Positions 37,339 to 49,400 of a stretch of DNA of 64,000 bases are shown in pieces; position 1 is the first letter of the stretch, and the number at the start of each line of letters is the position of its first letter. The translations under genes and the position numbers were made by a program. Location of the stretch: assembly GCA_017962275.1 (NCBI GenBank), contig JAGCVQ010000038.1, positions 421 through 64,420 on the forward strand, read 5' to 3'. The stretch is from Bacteroidales bacterium (GTDB taxonomy: Bacteria > Bacteroidota > Bacteroidia > Bacteroidales > WCHB1-69). The notes beneath the pieces are model-generated. The model saw only the letters and a list, made by a program, of their open reading frames with translations. It did no database searches and was not told the origin of the DNA.

Positions 37339-37429
37339 CCGCCGTTTTTTTTTTGCCGGCAAATATATTCGGCAACAGAATCGGATTTTGCGAATCCGAA
37401 TTATATAAGGAATAAATAAAGTTAAAGAT

Positions 37430-40400
37430 ATGAAGAAATTTACGATTTTTTGTGCGCTGCTGTTCTTGACGGCAAGCATGGTGAACGGTCAAACCATTAC
37501 CCAGACCAACACCCAGTTCCCGAACCCGGGGTTCGAGAAATGGACAAACCACACTGGAGCAGATGTGTATCAAGGAACCTCCTATGTTCCTGACAATTGG
37601 CATACTTTTGATGAAGTCTTATGCCAAACTACACTCAATATCGGTTGTGGCGAAGCGGTGAAAACCAGTCATGAGCGATTATCAGGAAGTGACGCACTAA
37701 GCGGTTCTTATTCTTTAGACTTATTGACCCATAGGGCTGCAGGTATTGCCAGGGCTAACGGAACGATAACATCCGGCCGTACGCGTGTGGGAAGCATAAC
37801 CGTAACTAACTATCAAAATTACAATTATTCAGACCTATCTAATAGCAGTTCATACGGAAACGGGCATTTCTACTGGCCTTTTATTGGCTGTCCCGATTCC
37901 ATGTCTTTCTATTATAAAACAAACTGGTCAAGTTCATCAAACCAACCGCTTATCAAGGTATATTTGCACAAAGGAGCATGGTATGATCACGCCAATGGGG
38001 CTGTGAACGCCAGCGCATCTAGTAGCTCTTCTGACTTGAACAATACCAACCTAATAGCTTACTGTCAAACAGCATTCTCCCCCTCCACATCTTGGGCACG
38101 ATTTGCTGATAAGTTCATCCACTATTCCAATAATTCAGCTAACAATGACAACGACTACTCTACCATCACCCGTCCTCAATACATCTTGGCTTCTTTCTCA
38201 ACCAACGAATCAGCCGGTGGTGGCACCGATAATGATAGACTAGCCCTTGATAACCTTTGGTGCATTTACGACAAAGGACTCTCCTCCGTATCCATCGGCG
38301 GCACGGCGAACAGCGCCGCTTTGAACGCTTTCAATGCAGCAGAGTTCGCCACACACGAGCCTGCATGCGCCTACGATGCCAGTGGGAATCCTATCTTCAA
38401 CAACAGCGGAAGCACGACCTTCAACTACCCCACCCCGGTTGCTTGTAACAACATTCCGCAAGTAGCTGCGCAACCCAAATCGAAGCTCATCACCGCGTTC
38501 ACCGTCACGCAGGCCAACGCTGACAACGGCTACAAAGCCACCATCCACGTGGTGCATAACGACAACTCCACCTTCGATTACTACATCCAGTTCGCGGTGG
38601 ACCTCCCCACGTTGACCGCCACGGCCACCCCTCAGGTCGTTTGTGAGGGTGCTTCGGCCACGCTGAACGTGACGGGGGCCAACACCTACAGCTGGAGCAC
38701 CGGTCAATCCGGTTCCTCCATCACCGTGACCCCGACCCAGCAACACACCACCTACACGGTCACCGGCACAGCCTCCAACGGCTGCTCCAACACAGCCTCC
38801 GTTTCCGTGGAGATGCAACCTCAACCGACGGTCTCCATCTCCGGCAGCACTTCGATTTGTGCCGGCCTTGCCACCACCCTGACGGGTACTGGCGCAGCAA
38901 GCTACGTTTGGTCGAACGGCAGCCATGACAGTTACATCCAAGTGACGACCGGCGGTTCCTACACCGTGACCGGCAGTACCAGCTACGGCTGTACCGCCAC
39001 GGCCACCGTGACTGTCACCGCTCACGACGCGCCTACCGTCACCATCGACGGTCCGACCTTCCTGTGCAGCGGCACCACGGCCACGCTGACCGCCTCCGGA
39101 CTGAGCAACTACACCTGGAGCGGCAGTGCTCAAGGCAATGACAATCCGCTGACCATCACCTCCGGCGGCACCTACACCGTGAGCGGCACCGATGCCAACG
39201 GTTGCAGCGGCAGCACCACCAAGAGTGTCACGGGAAAGACCACCCCGACGGTCACCATCAGCGGCACCACCGCCCTCTGTGACGGGGCAACGGGCACGTT
39301 AACAGCCAACGTCACCCCGGCAAATTCCACCCTCACTTGGAACAACGGCAGCACGAGCAGCAGTCTGGACATCACCTCAGCAGACACCTACACCGTGACG
39401 GCCTCGTTGGACGGCTGCGAAAGTTCTGTCAGTGTGACCGTCACCTCGGCAGCGTCCCCGACAGCGCCCACCGCGAACAACGGTTCCCGCTGCGGCGAGG
39501 GCACGGTGGAGCTTTCTGTCAACAACCCCGTCGATGGCTACACCTACCACTGGTACACCCAGCAGTCGGGAGGATCAGAAGCTGGCAACGGCACCACCTT
39601 CACCACGACTAACCTCGTAAACCCGAACACATACAACTACTACGTGAGCGCACAGAACGAGGGTGGATGCTTCTCTCCCCGCACACAAGTGACCGCCACC
39701 GTCAACGCAGTCCCTGCGAATCCCGGTGTCGACGGCATGAGCGTTTGCGGTGCAAGCGACATCACCCTGACGGCCACCTCCGCTAACACGGTAAAATGGT
39801 ACTCCGATGCTGCCGGCAACAATGAGATCACGGCCGCACAGCACGTCACGGGCGATGCCACTTTCTATGCCGCTGCCATCAGCAGCAACGGTTGTCGCAG
39901 CGCACTTGTCCCGTTGACCGTCACGGTGAACGAGATTCCCGCCGCGCCTGTCGTCACCACGACCCCGGCCTCCCCGATTTGCTCCAACAACAGCGTGAGC
40001 GTGCAGCTCAACGTCCCCCAATTGACCGGTTACAACGTAAAATGGTACAACAGCGAAATGCAGTATGAAGGTCAGGGTTTCCAAATGACGAGGACGGTGA
40101 ACGGAATCACCACATACTATGCTACCATCACCAACAGCAACACCCAGTGTGTGAGCGCGGAAACGCCGGTCGAAATCGTCATCAACCCGCTGCCCACCGC
40201 TCCCAGCGACGTCACTAACGCCAGTGTTTGTGGATCGGGCGACATCACCCTCACGAACCAGTCCACCTCCGCGACGAACTGGTATTCCGACCCCAATGGG
40301 GAAACCGAAGCTGCTGTAAACCAACATATCACTTCGAACACCACCTTCTATGCCGCCGTTGTTGACCAGAACAACTGCCGCAGTTCCCTCGTCCCGATGA

Positions 40401-43400
40401 CCGTGACAGTGAATCCCGTCTATGCGCAAACGGACGATTACCAGACTGCTTGCGGTTCCTACACCTGGCAAGGCGAGACCTACACCACTTCGGGTGACAT
40501 CACGAAAACCATCTCCAGCAGTCTCGGCTGCGACAGCACCGTGACGCTGCACCTGACCATCAACAACGGCTACAATGTCTCCTTCGACACCACCGTTTGC
40601 AATGCGTTCACGTGGCTGGGTGAAACGTACACCACCTCCCAGACTATTGAAAAGAACCTGCAGAGTGTGAGCGGCTGCGACAGCATCGTCACTTGCCACC
40701 TGACCGTGAAGCACAGCTCGACCTCCACGCAAACGATTACGGTTTGCAACAACGAGATACCCTTCATGTTTGCAGGCACGGAAATCACCTCAGCCGGTAC
40801 CCAAACCATCACGTTACCCAACGCCAACGCCGACGGCTGTGACAGCATCATCACGTTGACCGTGAATGTGAACCCGACGCCGGGCACTCCAACCCTCAAT
40901 TCCACCGTTCTCTCCAGATGCGGTGCCGGAACTCTCAACCTGAATGTTTCCAAGGGCAGCAACAGTGACGGTTGCCGCTGGTATGCAACGCAAACTGGCG
41001 GAGAGCCGATCCACACCGGCCTTAGCTATACACCCGAGCTGACGGAAAGCACCACTTTCTACGTGTCGAGCTACAGCAACGCCGGCTGCGAAAGCGACCG
41101 CATTGAGGTGGCTGTCACCGTGAATGAGGTTCCGGGCGACCCGCAGATTACCACCGCCGAGGACACCCGCTGCGGTGCAGGTGATGTCATTCTTTCCGCC
41201 GCTGTGGGCGAGAACGGCACGCAATGCCGCTGGTATGGCAACAACAATCCGAACAACACTACGGTACTGAGCACGGAGAGCACTTACACCGTGACCTTCA
41301 ACAACAACCAAAACACCACCCGTACTTTCTACGTGGAGAGCTACAACGTAGCCACTGGCTGTAAAAGCGCGACCCGTGTGGCTGCTGTGGCCACGGAGAA
41401 CGCTGTTCCCGCCGCCCCGCAGGTAACTGACGCAACGAATTGCGGACCGCTCACCGCCGACCTCGCCGAATATGTAAACACTTCCGCAGACCTCTTCCGC
41501 TGGTACGACAGCGATGAAACCCAACTGGCCGAGAACGCCCATTACAACACAACCGTCAATGAATCAACCAATTTCTTAGTCAGCGTGTACAACAGCGAGA
41601 CCACCTGCGAGAGCCCGAAGTCAACCTTGACGGTGACTATCCGTCCGACCTACGAACCGCAATCCATCCACGACACCATCTGCCAGAATGTCCCCTACCA
41701 GAACTACGGCATCGCCCAGACCTTCACCACTGCTGGCGAAAAGAGCTTTGTGCTCAACACCGTCACCGCCAATGGCTGCGACAGTCTGGTTACATTATAT
41801 GTATATGTCAAACCGCAGGTGACCAATACCATCACGGCCGAAGCTTGCAACGAGTATGTTTGGAACGGAGAGACTTTCTCGGAATCAAACACTTATGTAA
41901 GAACGCTCACAGCTGCGAACGGATGCGACAGCGTGGTGACCCTGAACCTGACCATCAACACCGCCCAGCATCAAGATGTGTACGAAACCGCTTGCGACAG
42001 CTACGAATGGAACGGCGAGACTTACACCGCGTCGGGCGATCACACGATGACCTTCACATCGGCCAACAGCTGCGATTCTGTCGTGACGCTGCACCTGACC
42101 ATCAACTCGTCCACCTCATACACCGACGTCCACGATGTTTGCAACAGCTTCACCTGGATTGACGGCAACACTTACACCGAGAGCAACAACACCGCTACCT
42201 TCACGATGCCCAATGCCGCCGGTTGCGATTCCGTAATCACCCTGAACCTCACCGTCAGAAAGGCCACGGCCTACACCGACGTCCACGACGTTTGCGACAG
42301 CTACACCTGGATTGACGGCACCACCTACACCGAGAGCAACCACACGGCCACCTATACCACGACCAACGCTGCAGGCTGTGATTCCGTGATCACCCTGGAC
42401 CTCACCGTCAGAAAGGCCACGGCCTTCACGGATGTCCAAGAGGCCTGCAGCAGCTACACCTGGATTGACGGCATCACCTACACCGAGAGCAACCACACGG
42501 CCACCTTCACCACGACCAACGCCGCGGGCTGCGATTCCGTAGTGACCCTCGACCTCTCCATCCACCAACCTGTCGTCAAGAATTTGACCGACACGGTCTG
42601 CCAAGGCACCCCATACAACCGCCACGGCTTCCAGCTCGCCACGGATGTGCCGGGAACATACACCGAGACCCATAATTTGACGACCGTCTTCGGTTGTGAC
42701 AGCACCGTCACCCTCGAGCTCACCGTGAATCCCGCGCATCAGGTGCAACTTGCCGATACCATCTGCATCGGGGAGCCCTACACGGAAAATGGCTTCAACA
42801 TTCCCGCCGCCACGCAACCGGGTACCTTCCCCCACACCCTTTCCCTTCAGAACGCATACGGCTGCGACAGCACCGTCATGTTGAGCCTCACCGTGGCTCC
42901 CACCCAGTACATCGTGCTGAACGATATGGTATGCGCAGGTGAGCATTACACTAACTACGGTTTCGACACCACCCTCAGAGTGGCGGGCACCTACACGCTG
43001 ACCCACAACGACCTGACGGTCTTCGGATGCGACAGCACCACCACGCTGTCCCTCGTTGTGACACCCACCTACCAGACTCACCGGTACGACACCCTCTGCT
43101 TCAATGGAAGCATTTTCTTCAACGGCCAAACCTTAACGGCACCGGGCATTTATAGGGACACCCTTCCCTCCGTCCACGGCTGCGACAGTATCGTCATCCT
43201 GCACCTGAGTGTCCGTCCGGAGAAACGTCGGGACATTGTGGCGCACATCTGCAACGGCAGCGACTACACCGAGAACGGATTTAACATCACAGGCGCTACC
43301 GAAACTGACGACTACGAAAACAACAACCTCGATGTGAACGGCTGCGACAGCACGACCACGCTGCACCTTTTCGTCCATGACCCGGTCATCACGGAGCTGT

Positions 43401-46400
43401 CCGACACGGTTTGCCAAGGCACTGCCTACAACCGCTACGGATTCCAGTTTGACGCCGATGAGGCCGGCATCGTCACCCTGACGCAGGAGTTAGAGACCTC
43501 TTTCCACTGTGACAGCATCGTCATCCTGACGCTGACCGTGAACCCCTCGCACGACCTGACCTATGATGTTGACGGTTGTGTCAACGAACCCGTCTCTGCC
43601 TACGGTTTCGACACCACGTTCAACAAAGCCGGCCACTACACGCTGGTGCACCAAGGACTGAATGTTTACGACTGCGACAGCGTGACCACCCTGAACGTCC
43701 ACATCTACGCAAAACCGCAAACTTACCTCAACGCCACCATCTGCTACAACGACGAGTATGATTTCCATGGCGTGATGCTCACCGAAGAAGGTCTTTACAC
43801 GGACACTCTGACCTCTGCGCACGGTTGCGACAGCATCGTGAGACTCTACCTGACCCAATATCCCGAGAAGAGCCGCAGTTATGAGGCGCACACCTGCTAC
43901 GGGGAGGAATACAACGGTTACGGTTTCAGCATTCCGAACCCGACAGTTACTGACGATTACGTGAATAACGACTCCGACGTGAACGGCTGCGACAGCATCA
44001 CCACGCTGCACCTGATCGTGCATGAGCCCGTCACCACCATGCTCGAAGAGACTCTTTGCGTGGGCGAGGTTTACAACCAGAACGGCTTCCACATCCCGGT
44101 CATGTCCGCCATCGACACCATATACACCCAAAACCTGCAGACCGTGTTCGGTTGTGACAGTGTTGTCAACCTGCACCTTATCGCCAACCCGGTCCATTAC
44201 ATTGAACTGACCGACGATGTTTGCGCAGGTGTTCCCTACAACGACTATGGTTTCGACACCACATTCGCCAACGCAAACACCTACACCCTGATGAACATCG
44301 ACCAGAATGTCTATGGCTGCGACAGCGTCACTGTCCTGTACCTGAACGTTCACCCCAACTATAACATCAATATCTCCACCACCATCTGCGCCAACACCAG
44401 CTACAATTTCAACGGCAACGAGCTGACCGTTTCCGGTGTTTACACGGCGGAGCTGAGCACGGTTCACGGCTGCGACAGCATTGTCACCTTGACCCTCAAC
44501 GTGGGTGCGGAATTCCGTGACACCATCACCGACCACATCTGCGAAGGCGCTTCCTACGACAAGTACGGATTCACGATCGAGTCCCCGGAGACCGGTTTCT
44601 ACGACCAACATCTGACTTCCCAGAGCGGTTGCGACAGCTTTGTGGTGTTGCATCTTTATGTCCATGAGCTGAACACCACCGAATTGTTCGACACCATTTG
44701 CGAAGGAAATCCATACACGCTTTACGGCTTCAACATTCCCACCCCCGTCCTTGGTTCCCAAACCATCACCCGCACCGTCCAAACCGCCTACAGCTGCGAC
44801 AGCGTGGTGGTGTTGAATCTGGAAGTGCTTCCCGTGCATCATTTCGAATATGAGGACGATATCTGCGTCAACGGGCATTACAGCGGTCATGGATTTGACA
44901 CGGTGATCACGCAACCCGGTACCCACACCCTAATCCACTCCGAGGAGAACATCCACGGCTGCGACAGCACCGTCACGCTGCAACTTCGCGTCCACCCCGC
45001 CTACGACCAGACCATCAACGCCGCCATCTGCTACGGGGAGACCTACACCTTTGACGGCATGACCCTGAGTGAAACCGGCACCCACACAGCCGAATACACG
45101 ACGGATTTCGGCTGCGACAGCATCGTCACGCTGAATCTGACCGTCTATCCTGAATACCGCAAGGACATCGAGGCGCACATCTGCTTGGGTGAATCCTATT
45201 ACGCCAACGGCTTCACTATCGATAGCCCGACCGAGACCGACTACTACACCCGCACCACACAGCTTGCCAACGGCTGCGACAGCATCACCTATCTGCATCT
45301 GTTCGTGCACGAGCCTGTCGTCACCGAACTGTACGACACCCTCTGTGGTCAGGGCGCATACTCCGGTTACGGATTCATCATTGCCAACACGACCATCGGC
45401 ACCAATCTCTACACCCGCCATCTCGAGTCCGCCTATGAATGCGACAGCACGGTCAACCTGCATCTGACGGTGAATCCGGTGCACCACATCGTGGTGGACA
45501 CCCTCCTCTGCGCTGGCGAGCCGTTCACAAAGTTCGGGTTCGACACCACCTTCGCTGAAACCGGCAGCTACACGTTGGCTTACGAAGGGCTGAACAACTA
45601 CGGTTGCGACAGCACTTTCACCGTGAACATCGCCGTTCACCCCGTGTTCCAGCATGAAATCGAGGCAGCCATCTGCCATAACGAGACCTACCTGTTCAAC
45701 GGTGTGGCGTTAGCGGAGACCGGCAATTATACCGATACGCTGGCCACCATTTACGGCTGCGACAGCATCGTCACGCTGCACCTGACCGTCTATCCGGAGA
45801 AGCGCGACACCCTTGAGGTGGCAATCTGCGAAGGCGAGAGCTACACCGAGAACGATTTCGAGATTTTCTCTCCTTCTGAGACCAAGTATTACAGCCACGC
45901 GACGACCGATGTTAACGGATGTGACAGCACCACGGTTCTGCACCTCATCGTGAATCCGCGTGCCTACACCAATTTCACCCAGACGCTCTGTGTCGGTGAG
46001 AGCTATACCGAGAATGGCTTCAATGTCTTGGCTTCCGTGCCCGGCACGTTCACCCACACACAGCATCTGCAGACCACCAACGGTTGCGACAGCATGGTCA
46101 CGTTGCAGATCACGGTGAACCCCACGCATCAGATGGTGTTCAACGACACCGCTTGCGCCGGAAGTGCCTACACACAGCACGGCTTCGACACCACTTTCAA
46201 CGAGGCCGGCCTCTACACGCTGATCCACAGCGAGCCGAACGTTTACGGTTGCGACAGCACCATCACGCTGCATCTGCGCGTATGGCCGTCCTACCATTAC
46301 AGCATCTCGACGATGATCTGCGAGAACGGCAGCTACGAATTCAACGGGGAGACCTATACGGAAGCGGGCAGCTACACCGCCGAACTGCAGACCTCGCACG

Positions 46401-49400
46401 GCTGCGACAGCATCGTGATACTGAACTTGTCAGTCGGTGCCGAATACCGCGACACCATCGTGGCACATGTCTGTGAAGGCAGTGATTATACCGAGAATAA
46501 TTTCAATCTTACCAATGTCACCGAATCCGGCTACCACACCCAGCAAGGCTTGGCCCAGAACGGCTGCGACAGCATCACCGTGCTGCACCTCATCGTCCAT
46601 GGGCTGAACACCACAGAGCTGAACGCCACTGTGTGCTTAGGCGAGAGCTACCAGCTGAACGGTTTCGACGTGACACCCACGACCGCTGGCGACACCACCT
46701 GCACTCGCATAGTGCCCACCGAATACAACTGCGACAGCACGATTGTGCTCCACCTCACAGTGAATCCGACCAACGCTGTGGCGTTGACGGATGAGGTCTG
46801 TGCCGGCATCCACTATCAGGCCAACGGCTTCGACACCACGTTTGCCGAGGCGGGCATTTATACGCTCACGAACACCGGTCTGAACATCTATGGTTGCGAC
46901 AGCATCACAACGATGACCCTGACCGTGTGGCCGAACCTGCAGTCCGAATACTATGACACCATCTGCCACAACACCACCTACGATTTCCACGGCACTATCC
47001 TCGCGGAGGCCGGTGATCATACCGTCACACTCCAAAGCGAACACGGATGCGACAGCGTGGTGACCCTGCATTTGGCCATCCGTCCCGAGGTGATTTCCGA
47101 ATTTGCCGAAACCGCCTGCACGAGTTACACTTGGAACGACTCCGTCTATACAACCTCTGGCGATTATGTGCAACACTTCCAGGATGTTAACGGTTGCGAC
47201 AGCACCGTGACGCTGCACCTGACCATCCATACCGCCGATGCTGTCCAAATCACCGCTACCGCTTGCGTGAACTTCACGTGGAATGACACCATCTACACGG
47301 AATCCGGCGATTACACCCAGTTGTTCCAGAATGCCAACGGTTGCGACAGCCTTGTGACGTTGCATCTGACTATCAACCCGGTCTATAACATCAACCTGCA
47401 CGACACCATCTGTCTCGGCACGCATTACGCTGCCAACGGCTTCGACACGCTGCCGACCGACGCAGGCACCTACGTCCTCGTGCATGAAAGCCAGAGCATC
47501 CACGGCTGCGACAGCACTACCACGCTGCACCTGACCGTCAACCCGACCTACAGCATCGACACCACCGTCAACATCTGTGACGTGGAAGTGCCTTACATTT
47601 GGGACAACGAGCAGTACTGGGAAACCGGTGACTTTGACATCCCCTACTCTACTGTCAACGGCTGCGACAGCATCGTCCATCTGCATCTGAACGTCAACCC
47701 AACTTACAGCTTCAACGTGTCGGCGACGGTCTGCCAAGGTGCGCTGCCTTACTGGTTCGACGAGGAGCACAGTTTCAGCCAAGGCGGAGACCACACCATC
47801 ACCCTGACGACGGTGAACGGTTGCGACAGCGTATGTCATCTGCATCTCACCGTCATCCCGAACAGCGAGCACTACGTGACACATACCATCTGTGCTTCCG
47901 AACTGCCCCACACCTTCATGGACAGCACCTTCACTGAAGCCGGCGAGTACGAAATTGTGGTGGCGGACATCGACAACTGCCTCACCATCACGCACTTCAC
48001 GCTGAATGTCAACGACACCTACCATCACTATGACACCGTGACCGTGTGCGAGGAGACCCTGCCTTACACCTATGGCACTACCTCGCTGAACACCACAGGC
48101 GACTACGACATTCTCTTCAGCACTGTCAACAGCTGTGACAGTTTAGTCTCCGTCCACTTCACGGTGATCCCGACTGCGCACGGTGTTGAGGAACAGTACG
48201 TCTGCGCCAGCGACTTCCCGATGGTTTACGGCGGCAACACCTTCACGCAGGAGGGCACTTACGAGGTGGTCTTCCAACGCGACGGCCTCTGCGACAGCAT
48301 CGTGACCTTCACGCTGCACCAGGCTCAGGAGTACCTGATTCCCGAAACCGCCGAGGTTTGCGACCACAGCCTGCCGTACGAATGGCGTGGAATGCAGTTC
48401 AACGAGAGCGGTATCTATTACGATTCGTTGACCACCGGCCACGGCTGTGACAGCGTCTATAAGCTCACGCTGACCGTCAACCCGACCGTGGTGATCACCG
48501 ACAATCCCATCGTGCTGTGCGCAGGCGGAAGCGAGATTTGGCGCGGCATGACCCTCACGGAGAGCGGCACTTACCGTGACACCGCGAACAGCGTGACTAC
48601 GGGCTGCTACGAAATCCACGAGGTGACCGTCACCGTCAACCCGACCTACCATATTTACGACACCGTGACCATCTGTAGTGACGAGCTGCCGTATCTGTGG
48701 CACGGCTTGACGCTGAACAGCGCCGGCTCACGCGAAGACTACCACCAGACCGTCAACTTCTGCGACAGCATTTACTACCTCACGTTGTTCGTCAACCCGT
48801 CGTATCACGCCACGGAGACCGCCTCCGCCTGCGACTACGACCTGCCGTATCTGTGGCACGGCCAGACGATTACCGCCAGCGGCATCTACTACGACACGCT
48901 GACCACCGCCAACGGCTGCGACAGCACCTTCATGCTCACCTTCACGGTGAACACCTCGAGCTACGTGACCGAAACCGAGACAATCTGCAACACCAGCCTG
49001 CCGTATCTGTGGCGCGGCTACACGCTCACAGCTGCCGGCACCTACTACGACACGGTGCCCAACACCTTCGGCTGCAACGACGTGTATGAGCTGCAACTCA
49101 CGGTGAACCAGAGCGATGTAATCACCATCCACGACACCATCTGCCAAGGCGGTTATTACACGCTGAACGGTTTCGACACGCTTGCGGCACAACCCGGCAC
49201 GCTCTATGACCAGTTAACGCTCACCAACACCAACGGCTGCGACAGCACGGTGAACCTCATCCTGCAGGTGATGCCGACCTATCTGTTCGAGACCACGGCG
49301 TCCACCTGTGAGAACGTGCCCTACGAATGGCACGGCGGCAGCTACAGCGTCGAGGGCGACTACTACGACAGCCTGACCACCGTTTACGGCTGCGACAGCG

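Noticed and set aside
37177-37430. Invertible-promoter (shufflon-type) switch upstream of the giant gene.
   Set aside because: I found no pair of inverted repeats flanking the promoter (only small local hairpins at 37289-37308 and 37381-37399), and there is no nearby recombinase gene.
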